Positions 1-9,868 of a stretch of DNA of 64,000 nt are shown piece by piece. Source of the DNA: Candidatus Tayloriibacteriota bacterium (GTDB lineage: Bacteria; Patescibacteriota; Minisyncoccia; Phycocordibacterales; PALSA-1337); NCBI GenBank assembly GCA_003151615.1, contig PLXZ01000004.1, forward strand, positions 239,441 through 303,440, read 5' to 3'. A model generated the notes under the pieces. It did no database searches. It had not been told where the DNA came from and saw nothing but the letters and a program-made list of their open reading frames with translations. The position numbers and the translations under genes were made by a program. The first letter of the stretch is position 1. Every line of letters starts with the position of its first letter.

Positions 1-1
1 A

Positions 2-751
2 AAAATGCTCGGCCCCCGTGTGGTCGTCGGCGTTCCGTCCGGCGTGACGAACGTGGAAATCCGTGCGGTGCGCGATGCGACAAAAAATGCCGGCGCGCGC
101 GAGGTTTTCATTGTCGAGGAGCCGATGGCCGGAGCAATCGGCATCCGACTTCCGATTCACGAGCCGGTCGGAAGCATGGTTATCGACATTGGCGGGGGAA
201 CGACTGACATTGCGGTCATTTCCCTCGGCGGAATTGTCCGTTCGAAAAATCTGAAAATCGCCGGCGACAAACTCAACAACGACATCATTTCGTATATAAG
301 GAACGAATTTAAAATTTTGATCGGCGAAAAAACGGCTGAACACATTAAAATGGCCATTGGCCAGGTCGTGCCGAAAGAGCCTCTCGAAACAACCGTCCGC
401 GGACGCGATCTTATCACCGGTTTGCCGCGCGAAGTTGTCATTACCGATTCTGATATCCGCGAAGCCATGGCCCAGTCGATTGAAACATTGGTCGATGCGG
501 CAAAAGAAGTTCTCGAAACAACTCCTCCAGAAATCCTCTCCGATGTCATGCACCGCGGAATCTATTTGGTTGGCGGTGGGGCATTGATAAAAGGCCTCGA
601 CACTCTCATTTCCGAATCGCTCCGCATTCCGGTTCATATTGCTGATGATCCTTTGACCGCAATTGCCCGCGGCACCGGCATTATCCTCGAAGATCTCGAA
701 AAATATGCCGAGGTTTTGATACAAAACGAAGATGAACTACCAACGCACTAA
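2..751 (+). CDS. mreB: rod shape-determining protein MreB, 5'-truncated by window edge
   Basis: actin-fold motifs (DIGGGTTDIAV, LVGGGALIKG); followed by mreC-like gene. Confidence 0.9.
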   Translation, partial: KMLGPRVVVGVPSGVTNVEIRAVRDATKNAGAREVFIVEEPMAGAIGIRLPIHEPVGSMVIDIGGGTTDIAVISLGGIVRSKNLKIAGDKLNNDIISYIRNEFKILIGEKTAEHIKMAIGQVVPKEPLETTVRGRDLITGLPREVVITDSDIREAMAQSIETLVDAAKEVLETTPPEILSDVMHRGIYLVGGGALIKGLDTLISESLRIPVHIADDPLTAIARGTGIILEDLEKYAEVLIQNEDELPTH

Positions 752-1682
752 ACCCGCGTCGAAACGCGTCACGAAAATAATCATCGCAGTTGGGGTTTTC
801 CTAATACTCCTGCGCCTCGTAGCTCCACACGTGTTCGCCGCATTTTTCGCGGACGTTTTTTCGCCGCTGTGGAGATTTGAAAATGTAATCGTGCGTTCAG
901 TCGTTCCTCAAAATCAAATTGTATTTTCTTCCGATTCTTCATTCGCTTCGTCAACGGTCGCCGACCTTTTGCAGGAAAATAATGATTTGAAGAATATGCT
1001 CGGGCGGTCAACAGCATTGACGCTGCAAAATTCCGTCGTCGCAGCTGTACTCTCCAAGCCTCCTTTCTCGGCCTACGACAGTCTGATTGTGGATGCCGGG
1101 TCGAATCAAGGGGCGCAAGTAGGCGACAAGGTGTATGCTCTGGCAAACCCGGTCGTGTATTCGACTTCAGCCGATCTTCCGTCTTCAGCTTCGACGACTG
1201 TTGTGACATCGTCCGTCTCCGCGTCGACTTCTCAAAAAAAATCCGCGACAGCGACAGCATCAGTGCCGGCGACTTCAACAGTTCAGTCTGGAACTGCCGC
1301 AAATCCGCAAATTGAAATTCCGATAGGGCAGGTGGCGCTGACGTTCGGCGATACTTCAATAGTCACCCTTTTTTCATCGCCCGGACAAAAATATCCCGTC
1401 GAAATCGGTTCGTACCATATCGCGGCAACAGCTCTTGCGACTGGTGCAGGTATGTTCGAGGCGATGGTGCCGAATAATTCAAACATAGCTGTCGGCGACC
1501 CCGTCATAGTTCCGAGCATTCAAACCGGCGTTTTCGCGTCAGTTGTTTCAGTTGTTTCCGATCCTGCGCGCCCCTATTCTCTCGTCATTTTCCAGAGCCC
1601 CGTTAATCCGTTCTCCCTTTATTTTGTCGAGATACAAAAAGCCGCCCTGGCCGTGAATCCGGCCGTTACCAAAACGAAATAG
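732..1682 (+). CDS. mreC: rod shape-determining protein MreC-like
   Basis: N-terminal TM, beta-rich C-terminal region, sits immediately downstream of mreB. Confidence 0.55.
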   Translation: MNYQRTKPASKRVTKIIIAVGVFLILLRLVAPHVFAAFFADVFSPLWRFENVIVRSVVPQNQIVFSSDSSFASSTVADLLQENNDLKNMLGRSTALTLQNSVVAAVLSKPPFSAYDSLIVDAGSNQGAQVGDKVYALANPVVYSTSADLPSSASTTVVTSSVSASTSQKKSATATASVPATSTVQSGTAANPQIEIPIGQVALTFGDTSIVTLFSSPGQKYPVEIGSYHIAATALATGAGMFEAMVPNNSNIAVGDPVIVPSIQTGVFASVVSVVSDPARPYSLVIFQSPVNPFSLYFVEIQKAALAVNPAVTKTK

Positions 1683-1683
1683 T

Positions 1684-1953
1684 ATGTCGCAGAAAATTGT
1701 AAAAAGAATATGCGCGGGAGTCCTGATGGTCCTGCTTGTCGCCTGGGCGCCCTGGTGGATTATCGTCATTGCCGCAGCCGCGTTTCTTTTCGTGTATAAT
1801 TCATATTACGAGATCATCCTGTGGGGGTTGTGCCTGGACGAATTGTACGGAGCCGCGTACCCTCTGCCGTATTCGCTGTCCGCGACGCTGATAGCCTGCA
1901 TCGCGCTCGTCGCCGCATATTTCCTGAAGAAGCGTCTCGCGTTTTATAAATAA
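1684..1953 (+). CDS. small 3-TM membrane protein in the MreD position
   Basis: 89 aa hydrophobic protein between mreC-like gene and PBP2; shorter than typical MreD. Confidence 0.3.
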   Translation: MSQKIVKRICAGVLMVLLVAWAPWWIIVIAAAAFLFVYNSYYEIILWGLCLDELYGAAYPLPYSLSATLIACIALVAAYFLKKRLAFYK

Positions 1954-1994
1954 TTCGGAGTGTCCGCATAAGTGTTACCTTACCCTTAAAAACT

Positions 1995-3776
1995 TTGTCC
2001 GCATTTTCAAAAAAATACGCCAAAAAACAAAAGCATAACCGGGAAATAAATCCCGACGAGATTTTCATGGACTCGAAAAATATCTCGGATTTCGACACGG
2101 ACCAGTTCGAGGGGCGCCTCGAAAAACCGATCTCGACTTTTGCCATGCTCGGCATCGGGATTTTTTTTGCGCTGATTGTCCTGGTGTTCATGTCGAAGCT
2201 GACCATGCTTCAGGTTGTTCATGCCGGGGAATACACAACGCTCAGCGAAAACAATACCCTCCGGTCGACGCCGATTTTTGCCGCGCGCGGCGTGATATAT
2301 GACAGAAATGGGGTGGAGCTGGCGTGGAATGCTCCGTCAATTCCGGCAACGGCCACATCAACCGCATCGAGTTCGTCCGCGGACATAGACGCGTCCGGCG
2401 AATCCGTGCCGACCCGCGAATACACTGATTTGCCCGGATTGTCCCATACCCTCGGCTATGTACAGTATCCGTCAAAGGATTCCAGCGGATTTTATTATCA
2501 GGAAGATTTCGACGGCGTGGCCGGAGCTGAAAAATATTTCAACTCGATTTTGACCGGACAAAACGGACTGAACCTTATTGAGGTCGATGCCCGCGACCAA
2601 GTTCAATCGGAAAGCACGGTCCGTCCGCCGCAGGAGGGGACGAACGTGACTTTGTCCGTCGACTCAAAAGTCCAGAGCGAACTGTATTCAGCCATCGTTG
2701 ACATCGCCGGCAAGAGCGGATTTACCGGCGGCGCGGGAGTGATTATGGATGTTCACACTGGCGAAATTATTGCTGACACCAGCTATCCGGAATACAGTTC
2801 CGAAGCGATGTCTTCGAAAACAAATGCAACGCTTCTGTATTCCTATTTCAACAATCCGAATCATCCGTTTCTTGACCGGGTGACGCAGGGTCTCTACGTA
2901 CCCGGTTCGATCATAAAGCCGTACATGGCGCTGGCGGCCCTCGACGATAATGTCATTTCGCCGACCACAATCATTCAAGGTACGAAATATATTTCAATTC
3001 AAAATCCCTACGATCCGACAAAATCGACGATTTTCAACGACTGGCAGGTGCAGGGTCCCGAGGACATGTACAAGGCCATCGCCGAATCTTCCGACGTTTA
3101 TTTTTATGAAATCGGCGGCGGATACAAAAATCAGAAAGGCCTTGGCATCACCAAAATAGACAAATATATTCCGATGTTCGGCTTCGGTGCGCCTGTTGCC
3201 GCGAATACCGACGGTTTGCCCGACACCGACAGGGAAGGTTCTTTTTTTGCGAGTGCATCCGGCACCATCCCTTCGCCCGCATGGAAGGCCGCCACATTTG
3301 GCGGTGAACAATGGTATTTGGGAGACACGTATCACACTTCCATCGGCCAATACGGCTATCAGGTTACGCCTATTCAGGCAGTGCGCGGCATGGCATCGAT
3401 TGCCAATGGCGGAACAGTTTTGAATCCGACTATTATCAAAGGCGATCAAGGAACGATTGCGCAGACGGTTCCGATTCCGGCCGCCGATTTCCAGGTGGTG
3501 CGCGATGGCATGCGGCAGGGTGCCGAATCGGGCGTGACCGATGCCTTGAACTTGCCATTCGTGCAGGTGGCTTCAAAATCCGGTACGGCCCAATTGGGAG
3601 TCCGGCTTCAATCGGTCAACTCCTGGATTACCGGTTTCTGGCCATACAACAATCCGAAATATGCTTTTGCCATTTTGCTCGACAACGGCCCTTCGACCGA
3701 AACCGTTAACGCAACCAATGCCATGGTCGAGGTTTTGAACTGGATGAATACGAACGCTCCTAGCTACTTCCAATAA
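1995..3776 (+). CDS. mrdA: penicillin-binding protein 2 (class B transpeptidase)
   Basis: SxxK (SIIKP) and KSG/KTG (KSGTAQ) motifs; mreBCD context. Confidence 0.8.
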   Translation: MSAFSKKYAKKQKHNREINPDEIFMDSKNISDFDTDQFEGRLEKPISTFAMLGIGIFFALIVLVFMSKLTMLQVVHAGEYTTLSENNTLRSTPIFAARGVIYDRNGVELAWNAPSIPATATSTASSSSADIDASGESVPTREYTDLPGLSHTLGYVQYPSKDSSGFYYQEDFDGVAGAEKYFNSILTGQNGLNLIEVDARDQVQSESTVRPPQEGTNVTLSVDSKVQSELYSAIVDIAGKSGFTGGAGVIMDVHTGEIIADTSYPEYSSEAMSSKTNATLLYSYFNNPNHPFLDRVTQGLYVPGSIIKPYMALAALDDNVISPTTIIQGTKYISIQNPYDPTKSTIFNDWQVQGPEDMYKAIAESSDVYFYEIGGGYKNQKGLGITKIDKYIPMFGFGAPVAANTDGLPDTDREGSFFASASGTIPSPAWKAATFGGEQWYLGDTYHTSIGQYGYQVTPIQAVRGMASIANGGTVLNPTIIKGDQGTIAQTVPIPAADFQVVRDGMRQGAESGVTDALNLPFVQVASKSGTAQLGVRLQSVNSWITGFWPYNNPKYAFAILLDNGPSTETVNATNAMVEVLNWMNTNAPSYFQ

Positions 3777-3783
3777 TACCTTC

Positions 3784-3880
3784 CACATTCGTATTTCTTC
3801 GAGATACGGAAGTTTTGGGGCTCAAAACTTCCTCACCTCGGACCGTCGTCCTGCGACAGGTCTCTCAGAATACGAATGTG
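3784..3880 (+). repeat. Family-2 structured repeat, copy A (12-bp perfect IR arms CACATTCGTATT/AATACGAATGTG around conserved core)
   Basis: core ...GGGCT-loop hairpin, CCTCACCTC, GGACCGTCGTCC, AGGTCT shared with copies at 19882-19982 and 34172-34282. Confidence 0.6.
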
Positions 3881-3935
3881 TACAGCCTTATTGGAAGTGG
3901 TTGGAACTATGGACTTCCGTGTTTCAAAAATACAT

Positions 3936-4031
3936 CGTCATCATGCAAATGCGAATGCGAAAATCTCGGGTCATGTTTAGAGCCATATTTTGTGCTAAAG
4001 AAATGTTAAATTCGCATTTGCATGATGGTGA
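3936..4031 (+). repeat. Family-1 TIR element copy 1 (~95 bp, 18-bp terminal inverted repeats CATCATGCAAATGCGAAT)
   Basis: near-identical copies at 18592-18688 (same orientation) and 27077-27173 (internal part inverted). Confidence 0.65.
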
Positions 4032-4102
4032 TATTTAGAAGGCATCGATCCGAAGCTCAGCTTTATGTTTTCAAGATCATCTGCTCTCCACAATGGAGCC
4101 GA

Positions 4103-4131
4103 TTGCGAAACCCATTTTTAAATGCTATAAT
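4103..4131 (+). promoter_or_regulatory. candidate sigma70 promoter for greA (TTGCGA-N17-TATAAT)
   Basis: hexamers read directly; 36 nt upstream of greA ATG. Confidence 0.4.
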
Positions 4132-4166
4132 GACACTTCAATTACATTATTTATTTATCGCGAAAC

Positions 4167-4634
4167 ATGACCGAAGAAAAACAATATCTCACAAAGGAAA
4201 AGTACCAGGAGTTTAAAAAGGAACTCGAAGACCTCCGCACAAATCGCCGCAAGGAAGTGGCGGAAAATTTGGAGTATGCGAAGAAGCTCGGCGACCTTTC
4301 CGAAAATGCCGAATATCAGCAGGCTCGTGAGGAACAAGCCAGCGTCGAGGACCGCATTAACCATCTCGAACAGGTTTTAAAAACCGCTGTCATTTTGAAC
4401 GACCGTCACAGCGACAATGTCGGCATCGGTTCGACGGTGAAGGTAGAAAAAACAGGCGACAAAGAGGCCCACACCTATAAAATTGTCGGTTCGGAAGAGG
4501 CCGACATGGCAGAGGGTAAAGTTTCAAATTTGTCGCCGCTCGGCGCCGCCCTTATCGGAAAAAAGAAAGGCGACATTTTATCGGTCTCGACTCCGAAAGG
4601 AAAAGTTTCGTATACGCTTATCAGCATCGAATAA
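4167..4634 (+). CDS. greA: transcription elongation factor GreA
   Basis: N-terminal coiled coil plus FKBP-like C-domain, typical GreA length and sequence. Confidence 0.9.
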   Translation: MTEEKQYLTKEKYQEFKKELEDLRTNRRKEVAENLEYAKKLGDLSENAEYQQAREEQASVEDRINHLEQVLKTAVILNDRHSDNVGIGSTVKVEKTGDKEAHTYKIVGSEEADMAEGKVSNLSPLGAALIGKKKGDILSVSTPKGKVSYTLISIE

Positions 4635-4667
4635 CACCGGCGGCCTGGCCGCTTAAATGCTTACACA

Positions 4668-6167
4668 ATGGCCTCTCTAGAAGAAATTCGCGCAGCACGA
4701 CTTCATAAACTGGAGCTTTTGAAGAAAGCGGGCATGGAGGCGTATCCGTCGAAGGTTCCGCGGACTTTTTGCCTGGAAGACGCGCGAAAAAGTTTTGAAA
4801 AATATGCAAAATCGGGCGAAGAGGTTTCTGTGACGGGACGCATCATGGCAATTCGCGGACAGGGTGCGATTTTGTTCGTTGTTCTCGATGACGGCAAAGG
4901 GAAGTTTCAGGCGGTTTTCAAAAAGGACGCGTTCGAGGCCGTAGGTGGCGAAGGCAATCTGCAAGGTCTCGGTCTTTTCAAATTGTTCGGCGATGCCGCC
5001 GACATCGGCGACTTCATTTCTGTCACCGGAACATTTTTCAAAACGGAACGTGGCGAGGAAAGCATTTTGGCGAAATCATGGACGATGGCTTCGAAATCGC
5101 TCCAGCCTCTGCCGGAAAAATGGCATGGCATTCAGGATGCGGACGAACGTTTCCGCAAGCGCTATCTTGACTTCATCATGAATCCGGAATTGCGCGATAT
5201 TTTTGTAAAGAAGGCGAAATTCTGGGATGTTACCCGCACGTTTTTAAGAGACCGCGGATTTTTGGAAGTGGAAACGCCGACACTCGAGGTGACGACCGGC
5301 GGCGCCGAAGCCACTCCTTTTAAAACACATCACAATGATTTTGATTTGCCGGTCTACTTGCGCATCTCAGTGGGGGAATTGTGGCAAAAGCGTCTGATGG
5401 CAGCAGGCTTCCAAAAAACATTTGAAATCGGCCGCGTATACCGAAACGAGGGATCGAGCCCGGAGCATGCGCAAGAATTCACGAACATGGAATTTTATTG
5501 GGCGTATGCCGACTATGAAGACGGCATGAAATTAATCACCGAACTTTATCGTACCATCGCGAAAGAGGTTTTCGGCACGACCAAATTTACGACCGGCGAC
5601 TTTACGTTTGATTTGGCCGATGAATGGACGCGAATCGACTACGTAAAAGAAATTGAAAAACAGACGGGTGTCGACATTTTGACCGCAAGCGAAAAAGACA
5701 TGAAGAAAAAACTCGACGCGCTGAAAGTCAAATACGACGGCGACAATCGCGAGCGCCTAACAGACACGCTCTGGAAATATTGCCGCAAAAATATTGCTGG
5801 TCCAGCTTTTCTCATCAATCATCCGATTCTTGTTGCGCCTTTGGCGAAAGAAGTTAAAGATGAAAAAGGAAAACTGCAGGCAATTGTCCAAATGTTCCAG
5901 CCAATCATTGCCGGAAGCGAAGTTGGCCGCGGATATTCAGAATTGAACGACCCGATCGACCAGGCCGCGCGTTTTGCCGCGCAGGAAAAACTTTTGAAGG
6001 CCGGCGACAGCGAAGCCATGATGTCGGACAACGAATTTGTTGAGATGCTTGAACATGCCATGCCGCCGGCCTGCGGTTGGGGACACGGCGAACGTCTTTT
6101 CGCCATTCTCACCGGAAAAACTCTCCGCGAAACGCAACTTTTTCCATTGATGAAGCCGAGGGAATAA
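4668..6167 (+). CDS. lysS: lysine--tRNA ligase (class II)
   Basis: OB-fold N-domain, class II motifs (FEIGRVYRNEG), ~500 aa. Confidence 0.9.
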   Translation: MASLEEIRAARLHKLELLKKAGMEAYPSKVPRTFCLEDARKSFEKYAKSGEEVSVTGRIMAIRGQGAILFVVLDDGKGKFQAVFKKDAFEAVGGEGNLQGLGLFKLFGDAADIGDFISVTGTFFKTERGEESILAKSWTMASKSLQPLPEKWHGIQDADERFRKRYLDFIMNPELRDIFVKKAKFWDVTRTFLRDRGFLEVETPTLEVTTGGAEATPFKTHHNDFDLPVYLRISVGELWQKRLMAAGFQKTFEIGRVYRNEGSSPEHAQEFTNMEFYWAYADYEDGMKLITELYRTIAKEVFGTTKFTTGDFTFDLADEWTRIDYVKEIEKQTGVDILTASEKDMKKKLDALKVKYDGDNRERLTDTLWKYCRKNIAGPAFLINHPILVAPLAKEVKDEKGKLQAIVQMFQPIIAGSEVGRGYSELNDPIDQAARFAAQEKLLKAGDSEAMMSDNEFVEMLEHAMPPACGWGHGERLFAILTGKTLRETQLFPLMKPRE

Positions 6168-6192
6168 CTGAGTTCTTGTTCACTCGAAAAAT

Positions 6193-6220
6193 AAAGCCCT
6201 TTAAATAAAGGGCTTTTTTA
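6193..6220 (+). terminator. rho-independent terminator after lysS
   Basis: AAGCCC...GGGCTTTTTT hairpin + U-tract. Confidence 0.6.
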
Positions 6221-6347
6221 GTTATCCACAGTCGCTGTGGTACACAAAAATGGGAAAGTGGTATAAAATGGTCAGTAAGTGGGATAAAGTAGGAAATTGA
6301 TAAAAAACTGATTTCCGAAATTTCCCGCTTGAATCGCAAAAATTCAT

Positions 6348-6794
6348 ATGCTGATCGGCGAATATTCCCACAACTTCGACGACAAGAGCCGCATTTCGCT
6401 TCCGGCAAAATTTAGAAAAGAAATGGGGTCGAAAGTCGTCATCGCGCCGGGGATAGATAACTGTCTCTTTGTTTTTACGATGAAGGGATGGAAGGAATTC
6501 GCGGAGCGGCTTGTGAATCCGGATTCGGCTTCGGTTCTGCGCACGGACAACCGAAACTTCAACCGCCTGATCATCGGTCGGGCCATGGAAGTGGAGGTCG
6601 ACAGCGTCGGACGAATGCTCGTTCCGGAACATCTGCGCGATCATGCGACGTTGACGGGGAAGACCGCAATCGTCGGCATCATGAACCGGGTGGAAATGTG
6701 GAATGCGGACGTTTGGGAAACATACCGCGCTGAATACGGCAAGAAAACGGACATTTTGGCCGAAAAGCTTGTATCGGCAGGGATAAATCTCTAG
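6348..6794 (+). CDS. mraZ: transcriptional regulator MraZ
   Basis: duplicated MraZ domain (DDKSRISLP motif); first gene of dcw cluster. Confidence 0.9.
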   Translation: MLIGEYSHNFDDKSRISLPAKFRKEMGSKVVIAPGIDNCLFVFTMKGWKEFAERLVNPDSASVLRTDNRNFNRLIIGRAMEVEVDSVGRMLVPEHLRDHATLTGKTAIVGIMNRVEMWNADVWETYRAEYGKKTDILAEKLVSAGINL

Positions 6795-6795
6795 C

Positions 6796-7749
6796 ATGAA
6801 CGAAATTCCGCAAACCGAAAGCGTCCACACAACAGTTCTTTTACATGAATCAATTGACGGTCTGGCCATTCGGCCCGGGGATATATATCTCGACGGGACG
6901 CTTGGTGCGGGCGGGCACGCTGAACTCGCGGCAAAAGTTGCGGCGGTTCAGGGTGGATCAATTACCATAGTCGGTCTCGATCAAGATGAAGGAGCACTTG
7001 CACGAACGAAAAAACGTTTGGAAGGGCTTGGCGCAAAACTATTTTTAATACAGCAGAATTATCGGAATCTTGATCAGGCGCTCGATTCGATCCAGCCAAA
7101 GGGCGAAACAGCCATGAAGGCCAACCGCATCATGCTCGACCTTGGACTTTCTTCGGACCAATTTGAAACGTCGGGCAGGGGATTTTCATTCCAGAAAAAC
7201 GAACCTCTGCTCATGACGTTCAAGGAAAATCCTGATCAGAAGATCACGCCGGGAGGCGCTCCTGACCTGACCGCAAGGCAGATCGTCAATACGTGGGATG
7301 AAGAAAATATCGCAGACATCATTTATGGATACGGTGAAGAGCGATATTCGCGAAAAATCGCCAAGGGCATCGTGGAAGCGAGGGCCGTGAAGCCGATTGA
7401 GACCACATTCGATCTCGTCGAAATCATCAAAAACTCGACGCCATCGCGATATGCTCACGGCAAAATCCACCCGGCCACCCGAACTTTTCAGGCATTGCGC
7501 ATCACGGTCAACGATGAAATCAATGCGTTGAAGGAAGGCCTCGAAAAAGGATGGGAACGGTTGGCACCGGGCGGCAGAATGGCAGTCATCTCATTCCACA
7601 GCATCGAAGACCGCATCGTCAAACATTTTTATAAGTCGAGAGAAGGGGCAACGGTCGTAACAAAAAAACCTCTCACGGCATCCCATCAGGAAATTTCAGA
7701 AAATCCGCGGTCAAGAAGCGCAAAATTAAGAATCATTGAGAAGTTATAG
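6796..7749 (+). CDS. rsmH: 16S rRNA (cytosine1402-N4)-methyltransferase RsmH
   Basis: SAM-binding DGTLGAGGH motif; follows mraZ. Confidence 0.9.
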   Translation: MNEIPQTESVHTTVLLHESIDGLAIRPGDIYLDGTLGAGGHAELAAKVAAVQGGSITIVGLDQDEGALARTKKRLEGLGAKLFLIQQNYRNLDQALDSIQPKGETAMKANRIMLDLGLSSDQFETSGRGFSFQKNEPLLMTFKENPDQKITPGGAPDLTARQIVNTWDEENIADIIYGYGEERYSRKIAKGIVEARAVKPIETTFDLVEIIKNSTPSRYAHGKIHPATRTFQALRITVNDEINALKEGLEKGWERLAPGGRMAVISFHSIEDRIVKHFYKSREGATVVTKKPLTASHQEISENPRSRSAKLRIIEKL

Positions 7750-7776
7750 CATCGAAAAAAATTAACAGCACATTAT

Positions 7777-8130
7777 ATGACACAAGCAGCACAAGCAATA
7801 GCACAAAACATACAGCAGGCGTTCCGATACAGGGAACGCATCGCTCTTTTGCTGATTGGCATCATTGCAATTTCCGCGGCTGCCTATGTCTATTATGTGC
7901 GTGAAGCCGTTCTCAATGTCGTCGCGCGCCAGCAGGTCTCAGCCGCAATACAAACGGATAATACGGCTGTCAGCAATCTTGAAAACCAATATTTCGTACT
8001 TAAAAACTCAATCACCATGAATATGGCATTGGCTGAAGGTTTTGAGCCGGCAAAAGTAAGCGCATTTATTCCGGAGAATTCAGATACGAATGGAGCGACG
8101 GGCCTTGCGTATAATGAAATCCAACACTAA
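7777..8130 (+). CDS. FtsL-like small membrane protein
   Basis: single TM + coiled-coil, between rsmH and ftsI. Confidence 0.4.
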   Translation: MTQAAQAIAQNIQQAFRYRERIALLLIGIIAISAAAYVYYVREAVLNVVARQQVSAAIQTDNTAVSNLENQYFVLKNSITMNMALAEGFEPAKVSAFIPENSDTNGATGLAYNEIQH

Positions 8131-9868
8131 TTCAGTTCTCCGGATACGGCTCATTCTTTTGTGCGTTTTCCTGTTCGCGCTTGTTCTGGTGGCGAAACTT
8201 TACGACGTGGACATAGTCCATGGCAATCTGTATGCGCAGGAAGCGAACCATCAATATGTGAAACCCGACACCACGATTTTCGATCGGGGTACTATTTTCT
8301 TTACTTCAAAGGACGGCACGCAGGTTGGAGTCGCGACAGTGCAGAACGGCTTTACCGTGGCGGTCAATCCGAATCTCATGACCGATCCGTCGACGGCGTA
8401 TACGGCACTCGCAAAAGTTTTTGCGGAATCGACCAGCACGCCTGCGCCGGCACTTCTCGACAAGGCCACATTTTTGAAACGCACTTCGAATAAAAATGAA
8501 GTATATGTCGAAGTGGCCGACAAGGTTAACAATGATACCGGCATGGCGGTCCAGGCTTTGGATATTCCCGGCGTTTCCATTTATCAAAACGACTGGCGTT
8601 ATTATCCCGGCAACAAGATGTCCTCGCAGGTTATCGGCTTGGTGGGCGAACAGGCATCGACTACGGACGTCGTCGGCCGTTATGGTTTGGAAAGCTATTA
8701 CAACAATATTCTGAACAGAAATACGAATTCGATTTATGTGAACTTTTTCGCGGAACTTTTCGGTAATATAAAAAATACGGTCGAGAGTCAACCGCAAGAA
8801 GGGAATATCGTCACGACGCTTGATCCCACGGTTGAAAACTATGTCGAACAGCAAATGGTGGCGACGGAAGGTATCTGGCATCCCGATGAGATTGGCGCCA
8901 TTGTCATGGATCCTTCGACGGGTTCGATTTATGCCATGGGACATTTGCCTGATTTTAATCCGAATGACACCAGCGATGTGACCAATCCTGCGGTTTTCTC
9001 CGACCCTCTCGTCGAACATGTATATGAAATGGGATCGATCATAAAGCCCCTGACGATGTCGGCCGGCATTGATTCAGGCGCCATTACTCCGACTGAAACG
9101 TATGACGATACCGGCTGTATAACTGTCAATGGAAGCAAAATCTGCAACTACGACTTCAAGGCCCGCGGCGTCATTCCGATGCAGCAGGTTTTAAGCCAGT
9201 CATTGAATGTCGGCGCTTCGTTTATCGCCACCGCCATGGGTTCGACCACCCAGAATAGATATTTTGCCAGTTACGGACTGGGTTCAACCACCGGAATTGA
9301 TTTGCCGAATGAAGCTCATGGAAATATTAAAAATCTGCTTGTGAACCGCCAACTTGAACATGACGAGGCTTCGTTTGGCCAGGGAATTGCCATGTCGCCG
9401 GTTGAAACCGTTCGCGCGCTGGCGACGATTGCAAATGGCGGTCTGCTTGTCACACCGCACGTTGTCAGTCAAATTGACTATTCAAACGGATTGACGAAAA
9501 CGATTGCCGAACCGGCGTCGCCGCGTGTTTTGAAGAAGACGACGACCGACGCCGTAACGCATATGCTCGTTAATGTCGTGGATCAAGTCATGAATCCGGC
9601 CCGTCCGAACACGGTCATTCCGCATTACAGCGTTGCTTCGAAAACGGGTACGGCCCAGATCGCCGATCCTATCAATGGCGGATATTATGCCGACCGCTAC
9701 CTTCACTCGTTCTTCACTTTTTTCCCGGCGTCCAATCCGCGCTTCATCGTTTTCATGTATCAGGTATATCCAAAAGGCGCGCCCTACGCCTCCGACACGC
9801 TGACCGATCCGGTTTTCAATATCACGAAATTTCTGATAAACTACTACAATATTCCGCCGGATAGGTAG
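8090..9868 (+). CDS. ftsI: peptidoglycan transpeptidase FtsI (PBP3, class B PBP)
   Basis: SxxK (SIIKP), KTGTAQ motifs; dcw position. Confidence 0.8.
   Translation: MERRALRIMKSNTNSVLRIRLILLCVFLFALVLVAKLYDVDIVHGNLYAQEANHQYVKPDTTIFDRGTIFFTSKDGTQVGVATVQNGFTVAVNPNLMTDPSTAYTALAKVFAESTSTPAPALLDKATFLKRTSNKNEVYVEVADKVNNDTGMAVQALDIPGVSIYQNDWRYYPGNKMSSQVIGLVGEQASTTDVVGRYGLESYYNNILNRNTNSIYVNFFAELFGNIKNTVESQPQEGNIVTTLDPTVENYVEQQMVATEGIWHPDEIGAIVMDPSTGSIYAMGHLPDFNPNDTSDVTNPAVFSDPLVEHVYEMGSIIKPLTMSAGIDSGAITPTETYDDTGCITVNGSKICNYDFKARGVIPMQQVLSQSLNVGASFIATAMGSTTQNRYFASYGLGSTTGIDLPNEAHGNIKNLLVNRQLEHDEASFGQGIAMSPVETVRALATIANGGLLVTPHVVSQIDYSNGLTKTIAEPASPRVLKKTTTDAVTHMLVNVVDQVMNPARPNTVIPHYSVASKTGTAQIADPINGGYYADRYLHSFFTFFPASNPRFIVFMYQVYPKGAPYASDTLTDPVFNITKFLINYYNIPPDR

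Noticed and set aside
3815-4009. 64-aa ORF (also 18599-18877, 92 aa)
   Set aside because: Both lie inside Family-1 repeat copies; they are artefacts of the repeat sequence, not conserved proteins.
4635-4667. T-box or other leader riboswitches upstream of aaRS genes (lysS, valS, trpS, cysS, gltX, alaS)
   Set aside because: Upstream spacers are under 70 nt or occupied by terminators and ORFs, with no room for a ~200-nt T-box.
6222-6869. 215-aa minus-strand ORF
   Set aside because: It is antisense to mraZ/rsmH and has no family signal.
8306-9019. 237-aa minus-strand ORF
   Set aside because: It is antisense to ftsI; the R-rich composition is typical of antisense frames.
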